64,000 nucleotides of DNA, from assembly GCA_965202805.1 (NCBI GenBank), contig OZ241869.1:2624001-2688000 (forward strand), in the 5' to 3' direction. Positions 1 through 10,435 of this stretch are shown one piece after another. Under the pieces are notes generated by a model. The model saw only the letters and a list, made by a program, of their open reading frames with translations, was not told where the DNA came from and did no database searches. The translations under genes were made by a program, and so were the position numbers. How positions within the stretch are numbered: position 1 is the stretch's first letter; the number at the start of each line of letters is the position of its first letter. This stretch comes from Longimicrobiales bacterium. GTDB taxonomy: Bacteria; Gemmatimonadota; Gemmatimonadetes; Longimicrobiales; Gaopeijiaceae.

Positions 1-127
1 TGGACGCGATCACCCGCATGGTGAGGCCGTAGCGGCGACCCGTCGCCCATCCCACGAGGGCGTAGAGCGCGCACGCCGCTCCAAACAGCAGAACCAGATA
101 GCGAACTCCCGAATGGGCCATGAACAT
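1..127 (-). CDS. 5' part of a small membrane protein (runs off window start)
   Basis: Manual translation from ATG at 127 after AAGGAG: MFMAHSGVRYLVLLFGAACALYALVGWATGRRYGLTMRVIAS..., hydrophobic; downstream of and co-oriented with the BNR-repeat gene. Confidence 0.6.
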   Translation of the reverse strand, partial: MFMAHSGVRYLVLLFGAACALYALVGWATGRRYGLTMRVIAS

Positions 128-171
128 GAGGGCAGGACTCCTTGTCGGTTATCGGAAACGGGGGTGCGTCC

Positions 172-3156
172 TCAGCGGAGACCGCCGACTTCCTCCAGTT
201 CCTCGCGGGCGCCGGCGAGGAGGGCTTCGACGCGCTCCTTCTGCTCACGGTGGGTCGCCGTCGGGGGATAGAGCGAACCCTGGCGGACGCCCCCGCCATT
301 CATCGACTGGTAGATGCCGGCCAGCGCCGCCCGGCCCTGGTTGAGGGCCTGGTCGAGTTCCGCGATCCGCTCGCCCCTTGCGCCGCCCCCGCCCATGCTG
401 CCCAGCTCGTCCCGCACCCGCTCCACCTCCTGCCTCAGCGCCAGCACCTCCGACAGGAACTGCTCGCGCTCCCGGTACTGGGCCAGCGTCACCGGCAACT
501 CCGGATCACCCGTGACCGCCAGGCTCTGCTCCGAGGTCGCGCCGCGAGCCTCCAGCACCACCCGGAACGTGCCCGGGGACACGAAATGGCCCCGGTCCTC
601 GATGGTGCGCGCCAAGCCTTCCTCATCGTGGGGCCGCCACTGCGTCGAGCTGCCGGGAAGCGGATGCCGGAGGTCCCAGTTGACCCGGTGCACGCCCGGA
701 GAACCGGGTACCGAGAGCTCACGCACGAAGTTCCCGCGCTCGTCCTCGATGACGATGCGCGCGGGGCCGCTTCCCTGGCCGAGGCTGTAGGTGATGATGG
801 CGCCGTCCACGGGATTGGCGCCCGCGTATGCCTCCTGGGCCCGGTACGAGGTGTCCTTCCAGTACTGGAAGATGGCCGCCGACCGGATCGGGAAGAGGTG
901 CGCGGGCGCGGAGGCTACCTGGGCGTTCCAGGCGGCAAGGGCGCCGAGATCGTCGAGAACCAGGATGCCCCGACCGTGGGTGCCCATCACCAGGTCCTTG
1001 TCACGCGGGTGGATGACGAGGTCGTCGTAGGCGGTGGTGGGCGCGGGCATCCTCGCCCAGGTGGCGCCCGCGTCGGTGGAGGCGAAGAGCCCGTGCTCGC
1101 TTCCGACGAAGATCAGTTCGGGGTTGTCGGGATGCTCGGCGAGCGAGTTGATCGAGCCGCCCGGCTCGAGCCCGACGCTCAGGTTCAGCCAGGTTGCGCC
1201 CGCGTCCCCGGTGCGGAACACGTAGGGGGCAAAGTCGCCGCTGCGGTGGGCGTCGAAGGCGACGTAGGCGACCTCCTCGCCCCGCACCGAGGGAAGGATC
1301 CGGCTCACGTAGGTGCCGTCCGCCACCCCGGCGATGTTGCCGGAAAGCTCCGTCCAGCTGGATCCGCCGTCGCGCGACAGCTGCACGTTGCCGTCGTCCG
1401 TCCCCACCCAGAGCACATCCCCGTTCAGGGGCGACTCCGCGATGATGGTAATCTCGCTGAAGCCGCTGGTGCCGTCGTTGCGCGACAGCCGGATGTCGGA
1501 GCCGCGCACGCCCATGATCTCGAGGGCGTCACGGTCGATCTGGCGGGTGAGGTCCTCGGTGCGCGTCCAGCTGTTGCCGTGGTCGCGGCTGATGAAGAGC
1601 CGGTTGCCGGCGGTGTAGACGAGTCCCTCGGTGTGCCTGGACACCAGCGAGGGCGAGGCCCAGTCGAAGCGGTAGCGGTCTTCTCCCTCGGGGGGCTGCG
1701 GACGGATATCGAGCTGGTCCCCGGTCTCGGTGTCCACGCGCACGTAGCCGCCGCCGTTGGAGTTCACGTAGACGTAGCGCGGGTTGTGCGGATCGGGCTG
1801 CTGGTACATGCCGTCCCCGAAACCGGTCTGGCGCCAGTCGTCGTTGAGGATGCCGGCCCAGCGCCGGGTGCGCGACGGCCCCGCGAAGGAGTGGTTGTCC
1901 TGAAGTCCCCCGTGCACCCAGTACGGATCGCGCATGTCCACGCCGATGGCGTAGAACTGCGCAATGGGGATGTTGTTGATGCGCCGGTAGTTGATCCCGC
2001 CGTCATAGGTCTCGTGCACCCCGGCGTCGCCGGCCAGGTAGAAGTGCTCCGGATCCCGCGGATTGATCCACATGGTGTGCATGTCGGCGTGCACGCCCAC
2101 GTCGTAGGTGGGACGCGCCGAAATGTCCTCCCAGGTGCGCCCGCCGTCCCGGCTGCGGTAGGAGGAGGTGGCCAGGGTGTAGACCACGTTCTCGTCGTTC
2201 GGGTCGATGTAGACGTGGGAATAGTACATGGGGCGGCCGTTCAGGTCGCTCATCTTCTCCCAGGTGTCGCCGCCGTCCGTGGAACGGTACGTCCCCGTGT
2301 CCTCGGTGTGCTCGATCAGCGCGTTCAGCACCATGGGGTTCGAGCGGGAGATGGCCAGGCCGATGCGTCCCTTGTCTCCCGCGGGAATGCCTTCGGTCAA
2401 TTCCTCCCAGGTGTCGCCGCCGTCCGTGGAACGGTAGATGCCGCTGCCCGGACCACCCCCGTTGAAGCCCCAGGCGGTGCGGCGCCGCTGGTACATCGCC
2501 GCGTAGACGACGTCCGGGTTGTCGAAGTTGAGGACGAGGTCGATCGCGCCGGTGTCTTCATCCACGTGCAGGACCTTCCGCCAGTTGCGGCCGCCATCGA
2601 AGCTGCGGTAGACGCCCCGCTCCTCGCTGGCGTTCCACAGGTCGCCGCTGGCGGCCACGTAGACGACATCGGGGTTGCGCGGATGGACCTGCACCTCGGC
2701 GATGTGACGCGTTCCCTCCAGCCCCAGGTGCTCCCAGCTCTCGCCGCCGTCGTCGCTGCGATAGACGCCGTTGCCCCAAGAGGTGCTCTGCCGGTTGTTC
2801 TGCTCCCCGGTGCCCGCGTAGACGACCATCGGATCGGAGGGGGCGAGGGCCACGTCGCCGAAGGTGTTGACCTCCATGTCCTCGAAGACGTTCACCCAGT
2901 TGTGCCCGCGGTTCAGGCTGCGCCAGAGGCCCCCGGAAGCGGTGGCGACCCAGAGCACGGAAGGGTTGTCCGCGAGCGCCTCCACGTCGTGGACCCGACC
3001 GCCCGTGACCGCCGGGCCTATGGCTCGGGGTCGGAAGGCTTCCAGCTGGGCTTCGGAGATGGGCGCCGATTGCGCGGCAACCGACAACGGGAGCGAGAAC
3101 GCCAGGAGCAGGCCCCCGAGAGCGCCTGCGCCGACTCTCCGCAAATGGACGGACAT
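172..3156 (-). CDS. Secreted BNR/Asp-box (VPS10/sortilin-like) repeat beta-propeller protein, glycosyl hydrolase-like
   Basis: Signal peptide (MSVHLRR...SVAAQ); many S-x-D-G-G-x-T/S-W Asp-boxes; RAIGPAVTGGRV N-terminal signature; start 3156 follows a CAGGAG RBS. Confidence 0.85.
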   Translation of the reverse strand: MSVHLRRVGAGALGGLLLAFSLPLSVAAQSAPISEAQLEAFRPRAIGPAVTGGRVHDVEALADNPSVLWVATASGGLWRSLNRGHNWVNVFEDMEVNTFGDVALAPSDPMVVYAGTGEQNNRQSTSWGNGVYRSDDGGESWEHLGLEGTRHIAEVQVHPRNPDVVYVAASGDLWNASEERGVYRSFDGGRNWRKVLHVDEDTGAIDLVLNFDNPDVVYAAMYQRRRTAWGFNGGGPGSGIYRSTDGGDTWEELTEGIPAGDKGRIGLAISRSNPMVLNALIEHTEDTGTYRSTDGGDTWEKMSDLNGRPMYYSHVYIDPNDENVVYTLATSSYRSRDGGRTWEDISARPTYDVGVHADMHTMWINPRDPEHFYLAGDAGVHETYDGGINYRRINNIPIAQFYAIGVDMRDPYWVHGGLQDNHSFAGPSRTRRWAGILNDDWRQTGFGDGMYQQPDPHNPRYVYVNSNGGGYVRVDTETGDQLDIRPQPPEGEDRYRFDWASPSLVSRHTEGLVYTAGNRLFISRDHGNSWTRTEDLTRQIDRDALEIMGVRGSDIRLSRNDGTSGFSEITIIAESPLNGDVLWVGTDDGNVQLSRDGGSSWTELSGNIAGVADGTYVSRILPSVRGEEVAYVAFDAHRSGDFAPYVFRTGDAGATWLNLSVGLEPGGSINSLAEHPDNPELIFVGSEHGLFASTDAGATWARMPAPTTAYDDLVIHPRDKDLVMGTHGRGILVLDDLGALAAWNAQVASAPAHLFPIRSAAIFQYWKDTSYRAQEAYAGANPVDGAIITYSLGQGSGPARIVIEDERGNFVRELSVPGSPGVHRVNWDLRHPLPGSSTQWRPHDEEGLARTIEDRGHFVSPGTFRVVLEARGATSEQSLAVTGDPELPVTLAQYREREQFLSEVLALRQEVERVRDELGSMGGGGARGERIAELDQALNQGRAALAGIYQSMNGGGVRQGSLYPPTATHREQKERVEALLAGAREELEEVGGLR

Positions 3157-3319
3157 GCTGATTTCTCCTGACACGAAAAGACCAGACCGGACGGCGAGGA
3201 TCGCGACCGCGAACGCCTCTCCGGCACGTGTGGACGGCCCGAAAAAGAATCGTATCCGGGCCGGTTCGGTGCAAGCTGACCGGACGCCGGGGCGCCACGC
3301 GATCCGGCGACGGGTGCAA

Positions 3320-4126
3320 TCAGGCCTCCGGTGGTTCTTCCCCGCCGCCGTACCGTTCGAGGGCCTTGCGCACAACCTCACGCACCTCGTCGGCGAGATC
3401 GTCCAGCCTCAACATCCAGTCCAGGTAGTCGGGCGAGGTCGCCGCCACTTCCGCCAGCCGCGTTCCCCGGTGCTTTCCGCGGGCGAAGACGTAGCTCTCG
3501 AGGTCGCTCCCCGAGAACCATCTCTGGAACTCCGTCAGAAAGGGCCTGATCTCGTCGCAGTAGGCGTGGAGCCCGGCGATGTCGCCCGGAAGACCCGGGT
3601 AGTGGGTGAGCTGCGCGGCGAGGACGCGGGCGGTCATGCGCACGTCCGCGCGAGCGCTGTGCGCGCCGTCATGCTCGTCGTCGACGTAGAAGCGGGCGGC
3701 GGCGGCCAGATCGCGCGGCTCCTCCCGGTGGAAGATCACCTGCGCGTCGATGAGCCGGCGGTCCTTCAGGTCGAAGGGGACAGCCGCGCGCCGGAACTCC
3801 TCGAGCAGGATGTGCAGGTCGAAGCCGCGGATGTTGAACCCGGCCAGATCGCACCCCTCCAGCAGGCCGGCCAGGCTGCGTGCCCGGCTCCGGAAGGGAG
3901 CCTCGCCGGCGACATCGGCGTCGCTGATGCCGTGGACCGCGGAGGCCTCGGGGGGGATGGGTTTTTCCGGGTTGAAGCGGCGGACCCGGTCCACCACCCG
4001 GCCATCGGGATACAGGATAAGCAGCGCCAGTTCGACGACGCGGTCCTCGCTTCGGTTCAGACCGGTGGTTTCGAGGTCGAGGAAGGCCAGGGGACGGGCC
4101 AGACTGATGGGGAGGGCAGGATCCAT
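3320..4126 (-). CDS. DEDDh 3'-5' exonuclease (DnaQ/epsilon-like) with short C-terminal DUF3820-like domain
   Basis: ExoI FLDLETTG, ExoII GFNIRGFD, ExoIII HSARAD; C-terminal FARGKHRG...PDYLDW. Confidence 0.85.
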   Translation of the reverse strand: MDPALPISLARPLAFLDLETTGLNRSEDRVVELALLILYPDGRVVDRVRRFNPEKPIPPEASAVHGISDADVAGEAPFRSRARSLAGLLEGCDLAGFNIRGFDLHILLEEFRRAAVPFDLKDRRLIDAQVIFHREEPRDLAAAARFYVDDEHDGAHSARADVRMTARVLAAQLTHYPGLPGDIAGLHAYCDEIRPFLTEFQRWFSGSDLESYVFARGKHRGTRLAEVAATSPDYLDWMLRLDDLADEVREVVRKALERYGGGEEPPEA

Positions 4127-4399
4127 GGGCGCTGGGTCAGGGGCTTCGGCGGCGCGGGCCCGAACCTCCGGCGGTTGGTCCGCCCGCGTCCGATCCCGGG
4201 AGCGTTTGAGTCTGGCAGCCGGAGAGCCGGAATGCCAGATTGGCGGCGGATCAATGTGCGGATCCTCCGAAACGACAGCCCGCCGTCCGGAGTATGGAGA
4301 CGCGTGACTGCGACTCGCCGAAGACACCGGAAAACGCCAGGGGGTTGGTGGAAGTCCGCTGGCCGCCGCCTGACGTTCGCGGCGCGCCCGAGCCGCCCG

Positions 4400-5152
4400 A
4401 TGGCGCGGGTACTCCGGGCGCGGGTGCCGGCGGCCCTGCTGGTCGGTCTCTGTCTCGGCCTTGCGGCAACCGCCGCCATCGGGGGCGAGGCCGGAATGCA
4501 GGAGGCAGGGGATTCCGTGGTGCTCCTGCACGGGCTGGGCCGCACTCGGACTTCCATGCTGGTTCTGGCCCAGCGGCTCGAGCGGGCAGGCTACGACGTC
4601 ACGAACGTCGGGTACGACTCGCGGGGCGGATCCCTGGCGGAGCACGTGGAGACGTTGGCCGCGGAGGTGTCCGGCTGCTGTGCCACGGCTTCGCGCGTGC
4701 ACTTCGTCGGCCACTCGCTCGGCGGGCTCGTGATCCGCCAATACCTGGCCGACTCTCCCCCTGCCGCGCTGGGACGCGTCGTTCTGCTTGCGCCGCCCAA
4801 CCGGGGCAGCGAGATGGCGGACTGGTTCCGCGAGCAGCCGTTCGGCCACCTCCTCGGACCTGCGGGGAAGGCTCTCGGCACCAGCGCCACCGACATCCCG
4901 GCCAACCTTCCTCCGCCGGAGTACGAGGTCGGGATCATCGCGGGCAACCGCAGCCTCAACCCGATCGGATCGGCTCTGATCCCGGGCCCCGACGACGGCA
5001 TGGTCGGCATCGAGCATACCAGAATCGAGGGCGTGCCGCTGATCGTGGTGCCGGCGTCCCATACCTTCCTCATGAACAGCCGCTTCACCGCCGAAGCGGT
5101 AATCAGCTTCCTCGGGACGGGCGCGTTCCCGGAGGTTCCTGACCGGCTATAG
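4400..5152 (+). CDS. Alpha/beta hydrolase (lipase/esterase), probably exported
   Basis: VVLLHGLGR oxyanion motif, GHSLG nucleophile elbow, DDGMV, SHTF; hydrophobic N-terminus. Confidence 0.85.
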   Translation: MARVLRARVPAALLVGLCLGLAATAAIGGEAGMQEAGDSVVLLHGLGRTRTSMLVLAQRLERAGYDVTNVGYDSRGGSLAEHVETLAAEVSGCCATASRVHFVGHSLGGLVIRQYLADSPPAALGRVVLLAPPNRGSEMADWFREQPFGHLLGPAGKALGTSATDIPANLPPPEYEVGIIAGNRSLNPIGSALIPGPDDGMVGIEHTRIEGVPLIVVPASHTFLMNSRFTAEAVISFLGTGAFPEVPDRL

Positions 5153-5307
5153 CCCGCCGGCGGCACCCGCTTTGTGGCGGGTCCGACGATCTGTTGCGTA
5201 CAATGTCCGGACGCAGGCCCGCAGCTACCGCTCGGCGGTGGCGACGGGGACTCCGGAACGGTCCCGGCGGGCGCTCCCTCCCCAACTTCGTACAAAGGCA
5301 GGATCCG

Positions 5308-7155
5308 ATGGGACGCTTTCCTGTTTCGATGGCGACGCTCTTCGCGGCCGCGCTCCTCGTTCTGCCGCACGGCGCAGCAGCTCAGGACCGGGGCCTGGCG
5401 CGGCACCTCGACCGCGCGGCGCACCGGCCCGCGGTGCCCGGTCCCAACGGTCTGGTGACGGCAGGTCACCCGCTGGCGTCGATGGCGGGCCTCCGCATGC
5501 TCATGGCCGGAGGCAACGCCGCCGATGCCGCCGTCGCAACGCTCGCCACCCTGAACGTGGTCCGGCCCCAGATGTCCGGAATGGCCGGGAACGGGTTCGT
5601 GACCCTCTACGACCGCGTCTCCGACCGCGTGTACTCGCTGGGGGCGACCGGTGCCGCTCCCCTGGCCATCGATCCGGCGAGCCGCACGGCCGAGGAGCTG
5701 AACAAGGGAATCCACGCAGGCGTCGTCCCGGGCCTCTTCGGGGGATGGATCGCCCTTCTCGACCGCTTCGGCACCATGAGCCTGGACCAGGTGCTCGCCC
5801 CGGCCATCGGCTACGCCGAGAACGGCCATCCCATCGAGGCATCGGTGGTGGCAGCGATCGAGTCCCACAAGGAGCTCTTCGAGAGCTTCCCGTCGAGCCG
5901 GAGGATGTTCCTCCCCCTGGGCAGGGTGCCCGAGCCCGGCGAGAACTTCCGCATGCCCGATCTGGCGAACACGCTGCGGAGAGTGGTGGAAGCGGAACAC
6001 ATGGCGCTCGCGGCCGGCAAGACGCGCTCGGACGCGCTCCAGGCCGCCTTCGACCGGTTCTACCGGGGCGACATCGCCGAGGAGATGGCGCGCTTCTACA
6101 GCGAGAACGGCGGCGATTTCACCATGGAGGATTTCGCGCGCTACGAGCCCATCTGGGCGGAGCCGGTGCACACCACCTACCGGGGCTACGACGTGTACAC
6201 CAGTCCGCCCACGTCCCGCGGCGGGCTCGAGGTCACGATGCAGCTCAATCTGGTCGAGGGCTTCGACCTCGAGGCTCTCGGCCCGGGAAGCCCCGAGACC
6301 ATCCATCTGCTGGCGGAGGCGATCAAGGTCGCGAAGGCCGATATCTACGCATACGTGGCCGATCCGGCTCTGGTCGACGTGCCCGTCGACGAAATGCTCT
6401 CGAAGGACTACGCGTCGGCGCGCCGGTCCCTCATCGATCCTTCGCAGGTGATGGCGTACCCGGGGGCCGGGAATCCGGCGCGGGTCGAGGTACTCCAGCC
6501 GGGCGGCCGCGCGGCGGGGGCGGGAGCATCCGACGGGCCGGGAGACCATTTCGGCGAGCAGTCGTACGCGGGGAGCACGACCAGCTTCTCCATCGCCGAC
6601 CGGTTCGGCAACGTCATCGCGGCCACGCCCACCCACGGCGGAGGTTTCGGCACGGGCGTGGTGGTCGGCAACACAGGCCTGACCTTCAACAACGGCACGC
6701 GCATCGGTTCGACGTCGCCCTACCCCGACAACGTCAACTATGTCCGAGGGGGGCAGATTCCCATCCTCAACAACTCGCCCATCATCGTGCTCAGGGACGG
6801 GCGGTTCCATGCGGCGCTGGGAACGCCGGGCGGTGAGACGATCGGCCAGACCCAGTTTCAGGTGCTCGTGAACCTGCTCGACTTCGGGATGCCGATCCAG
6901 GAGGCCATCGCGGCGCCCCGCTTCACGCTCCGCGGGGAGCCCAACTTCTACCGGCCGGGCGCGGAGGTTCGCTTCAGCCTCGAGGATCGACTGCCCGGCG
7001 AAGTGGTCCGGACGCTCGAGGGGCTCGGCTACGCCGTGGAGCTTGCGCCCGGCTACGCCTTCGGCAGCATCCAGGGAATCACCCTGGACGCCGGGACGGG
7101 GACGCTGATGGCCGGAGCGGATCCCCGGCGCGTCGCCTACGCGGTGGGCTGGTGA
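5308..7155 (+). CDS. ggt: Gamma-glutamyltransferase family (Ntn hydrolase)
   Basis: GGNAADAAVA, GSTTSFSIADRFGN autocleavage Thr, GTPGG, AGADPRR C-terminus; start may be 5308 or 5329. Confidence 0.9.
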   Translation: MGRFPVSMATLFAAALLVLPHGAAAQDRGLARHLDRAAHRPAVPGPNGLVTAGHPLASMAGLRMLMAGGNAADAAVATLATLNVVRPQMSGMAGNGFVTLYDRVSDRVYSLGATGAAPLAIDPASRTAEELNKGIHAGVVPGLFGGWIALLDRFGTMSLDQVLAPAIGYAENGHPIEASVVAAIESHKELFESFPSSRRMFLPLGRVPEPGENFRMPDLANTLRRVVEAEHMALAAGKTRSDALQAAFDRFYRGDIAEEMARFYSENGGDFTMEDFARYEPIWAEPVHTTYRGYDVYTSPPTSRGGLEVTMQLNLVEGFDLEALGPGSPETIHLLAEAIKVAKADIYAYVADPALVDVPVDEMLSKDYASARRSLIDPSQVMAYPGAGNPARVEVLQPGGRAAGAGASDGPGDHFGEQSYAGSTTSFSIADRFGNVIAATPTHGGGFGTGVVVGNTGLTFNNGTRIGSTSPYPDNVNYVRGGQIPILNNSPIIVLRDGRFHAALGTPGGETIGQTQFQVLVNLLDFGMPIQEAIAAPRFTLRGEPNFYRPGAEVRFSLEDRLPGEVVRTLEGLGYAVELAPGYAFGSIQGITLDAGTGTLMAGADPRRVAYAVGW

Positions 7156-7167
7156 GGAGACCCGCCC

Positions 7168-10100
7168 TTAGTCCGCGAACGCCGCCCGGATAATGCGCCG
7201 CTGGCCCTTCATGTGGTCGGACATCTTGCCCTCCGCGGGGCTGGACCACTCGGGACGCGCAACCTGACGTAACGTCAGGGTTTCGGGCAGCAGGGCCCGC
7301 AGCAGGGGTTCGACATACGGGCGGGCGCCCATGTTGCGGGGCTCTTCCTGGGCCCATACGACCGCCCTCAGGGCCGGCAGGCCCGACACCAGCTCCGCGA
7401 TCTCGCGACGCGGGAAGGGATAGAGTTGCTCGACCCTGGCCAGCACCGTGTCCCTCGCGTGCGCGCGCTCCTCGCTCGCGAGTAGGTCGTAGTAGATCTT
7501 GCCGCTGCACAGGATGAGCCGGGTGGCGGATCCGCGGGCCTTGTCCCCGACTTCCTCGGGCAGCACCGGACGGAAGCCTCCGCGGGTGAGGTCCGAGACC
7601 TTGGAGCGGGCCAGCTTGTGGCGCAGAAGGCTCTTCGGGGTCATGACCACGAGCGGACGCTCGGGGGTGTGCGCCTGGTGACGGAAAAGGTGGAAGTACT
7701 GGGCGGAGGTGGTGGGATTGGCGATCCGCATGTTGCCGGCGGCGCACATCTGCAGGAAGCGCTCCAGGCGCGCGCTCGAGTGCTCCGGACCGCGTCCCTC
7801 GTACCCGTGCGGCAGCAGCAGCACGAGGCGGGAGAGCTGTCCCCACTTCGACTGCCCCGACACCACGAACTGGTCGATGATGGGCTGGGCCACGTTTACG
7901 AAGTCGCCGAACTGGGCCTCCCAGATGACCAGATCGCTGTCCGCGCCCACGCTGTAGCCGTACTCGAAGCCCAGCACCGCGGTCTCCGACAGCGGCGAGT
8001 TGTGGATCTCGAAGCGGGCGCCGCCCAGGGCCGCCAGCGGCGCGTGCGTGGAGCCGGTGTCGGCGTCGTGGAAGACGAGATGACGATGGCTGAAGGTGCC
8101 GCGCTGCGCATCCTGCCCGCTGAAGCGGATGGGCACCCCGTCCCGGAGCAGCGAACCCAGGGCCAGCACCTCGGCGTGGGCCCACTCCAGCGGGGACTCC
8201 CCGGTGAAGTCGCTCCGGCTCCGGTCCAGTTGCCGGCGCAGCTTGCGGTTGATGGCGAACCCCTCCGGGACGGCCGTCGAGGCTGCGTTGATCTCCGCGA
8301 GGGCCGCAAACGGGATGGCGGGCGCGCCGGCATCGCGGCTCCACGCTTCCGCCGGATCCCCATCGTCTTCCGGCGCGGCGTCGGAGTCGGAGCCGGGTGC
8401 TTCTCCCGGGGACGGCGCCGGCGAACCGGCTCCGGCCTTCGCGGGTTGGCCCGACGGCTTCGCCGCGCTCGCCGCCACCAGCGCCTCCCGCAGGCGATCG
8501 GTGGCGTCGCGCCGGGCCCGGGCGACCTCGTCCGCGGTCACGATCCCGGCCTTCACCAGCCCCTCGGCATACAGGGTGAACACGGTGGGATGCGCCCGGA
8601 TGCGCTCGTACAGGCGCGGTTGGGTGTAGGCCGGATCGTCCCCCTCGTTGTGTCCATGCCGGCGATAGCCGATCAGGTCCACCACGATGTCGTCGTGGAA
8701 TTCCGCCCGGTACGCCATCGCCAGGCGCATCGCGGTGAGGCAGGCGGGAGGATCGTCGGCGTTCACGCGCAGGACCGGGATGTCGTAGCCCTTGGCGAGA
8801 TCGGAGGCATAGCGGGTGGAGCGGCCCTGTTCGGGGTTGGTGGTGAAGCCGATCTGGTTGTTGACGATCAGGTGCACCACGCCGCCCGTCGCGTATCCCG
8901 CCAGCCGGGCCAGGTTGAGCGACTCCGCCACCACGCCCTCGGCGGCGAAGGCGGCATCGCCGTGGATGAGGAGCGGGACCACCGCGGCCGTGTCCTGCCG
9001 GTCATCCTGGCGGGGACCGGTGAACTGGCGTGCCCGGGCCACCCCCGCCACCACCGGATTGATGAACTCCAGGTGGCTCGGGTTGGGGGCGAGCGTGACC
9101 CGCACCGTGCTTCCGTCGCGCAGGACGTGGTCGCGGCGGGCGCCGTGATGGTACTTCACGTCCCCGATCCCGCTCTCGTCGTCGGGCAGGGTCAGGATGC
9201 CGTCCGCGGCCGGGGCCGCGCCTTCGAACTGGCGCAGGATCTCGTCGTAGCCGACGCCCACGCTGTGCGCGAGCACGTTGAGCCGGCCCCGGTGGGCCAT
9301 TCCCATCACGACTTCCCGGCAGCCCCGCGCCGCCGCCTCTTCGAGCACCAGGTCCACCATGGGCACGAGCATGTCGTTCCCTTCGAGAGAGAACCGCACC
9401 TGCCCCGGATAGACGCGGTGCAGGAACTGTTCGAGGCCTTCCACCCGGGCGAGGCGGATCAGCAGCTCCACCTGGTCTTCGCGGGCCGGCGGCTGCGCGT
9501 GGGCGCCCGATTCCACCTGGTTCCAGAGCCAGCGCACCCGCTCCGGCGATTCCAGGTGCTCGAACTGGTATCCGATGGATCCGCACCAGGCGCGCTCCAG
9601 CCGCCTCAGGTAGTCCGGCACCCGTTCGTCATCGTCGCCGAGGACGGTGGAGGCGGGGAGCGCCTCCAGCTGCTCCATGCTGGTGCCGAAGAAGGAGGGA
9701 TCGAGCTGCGGGTGCCCCGGGGGATCGCTCCCGAGCGGATCGATGCGGGCCAGCTGGTGACCGTGGTCGCGGAAGGCCTGCACGAGCGAGGTGGCCCGGG
9801 CGACGAGATGGAGGAGCTCCTGCATCGCGCGCAGGGTGGCACTGCGGTCCGCTGCGGGGGCGGGGGGCGGGGCGGGGCGGGAGGATGCGTCCCCGGGCGC
9901 CGGAGCCTCGGAGGGGCTGAGCGGGCGTCCGGATGGCTCAACGGGACCGGACGGAGCGGGCGCAGGGCGTGGCGATGGTGCGCGGGGCGGGCGCTCCGAT
10001 GTGCGGATGGGGCGGGCGGGCGCGGGGGCGGGCGCAGGCGTGTGCGCCGGGGACCGTTCCGCGGCCTCCCTCGAGAAAATCGAGCGCCAGCGGGCGGAGA

Positions 10101-10197
10101 CGGATTCCGGATCCTCCAGATACCGTTGGAACAGCTCCTCCACGTATCCGGCGTTCGGCCCAGTGAATAATTCGGACGACGGCATGACTCGCGACAT
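7168..10197 (-). CDS. sucA: 2-oxoglutarate dehydrogenase E1 component
   Basis: GPNAGYVEELFQRYLEDPESV, GMAHRGRLN, GDVKYHHG, HGDAAF, NNQIGFTT, WEAQFGDF, HSSARLERFLQ, TPKSLLRH; start 10197 or 10185. Confidence 0.95.
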   Translation of the reverse strand: MSRVMPSSELFTGPNAGYVEELFQRYLEDPESVSARWRSIFSREAAERSPAHTPAPAPAPARPIRTSERPPRAPSPRPAPAPSGPVEPSGRPLSPSEAPAPGDASSRPAPPPAPAADRSATLRAMQELLHLVARATSLVQAFRDHGHQLARIDPLGSDPPGHPQLDPSFFGTSMEQLEALPASTVLGDDDERVPDYLRRLERAWCGSIGYQFEHLESPERVRWLWNQVESGAHAQPPAREDQVELLIRLARVEGLEQFLHRVYPGQVRFSLEGNDMLVPMVDLVLEEAAARGCREVVMGMAHRGRLNVLAHSVGVGYDEILRQFEGAAPAADGILTLPDDESGIGDVKYHHGARRDHVLRDGSTVRVTLAPNPSHLEFINPVVAGVARARQFTGPRQDDRQDTAAVVPLLIHGDAAFAAEGVVAESLNLARLAGYATGGVVHLIVNNQIGFTTNPEQGRSTRYASDLAKGYDIPVLRVNADDPPACLTAMRLAMAYRAEFHDDIVVDLIGYRRHGHNEGDDPAYTQPRLYERIRAHPTVFTLYAEGLVKAGIVTADEVARARRDATDRLREALVAASAAKPSGQPAKAGAGSPAPSPGEAPGSDSDAAPEDDGDPAEAWSRDAGAPAIPFAALAEINAASTAVPEGFAINRKLRRQLDRSRSDFTGESPLEWAHAEVLALGSLLRDGVPIRFSGQDAQRGTFSHRHLVFHDADTGSTHAPLAALGGARFEIHNSPLSETAVLGFEYGYSVGADSDLVIWEAQFGDFVNVAQPIIDQFVVSGQSKWGQLSRLVLLLPHGYEGRGPEHSSARLERFLQMCAAGNMRIANPTTSAQYFHLFRHQAHTPERPLVVMTPKSLLRHKLARSKVSDLTRGGFRPVLPEEVGDKARGSATRLILCSGKIYYDLLASEERAHARDTVLARVEQLYPFPRREIAELVSGLPALRAVVWAQEEPRNMGARPYVEPLLRALLPETLTLRQVARPEWSSPAEGKMSDHMKGQRRIIRAAFAD
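7261..7283. promoter_or_regulatory. Perfect 8-1-8 palindrome CCTGACGT-A-ACGTCAGG inside sucA; copy of the recurrent motif
   Basis: Palindrome at 7263-7279; reverse strand reads AAACCCTGACGTTACGTCAGGTTGCGC, nearly identical to 59782-59809 and 63115-63143. Confidence 0.55.
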
Positions 10198-10435
10198 CTT
10201 CCCCTGCGGACAGCAGCGTTGGAGGGAGTGGAAGATAACCGCAACACCTTCCAAGTTGTACAGACCGCGCGTCCACCGACGTGCGGGCGGACGGCGCGGG
10301 AGCGCGGGCGGGAACGTCGCTCCCTCCTGGCGGGCCGTCCCGCAACGACAGCGCCGCCGCGCCATCCCCGCGCCCGGAGAAAGCTTGCCCCACCCGCCCC
10401 CACGCACCGCCCCGGGCCACGGACCCGTCCACCGG

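Noticed and set aside
142..3171. 1009-aa plus-strand ORF
   Set aside because: Antisense shadow of the BNR-repeat gene; typical of high-GC DNA and carries no motifs
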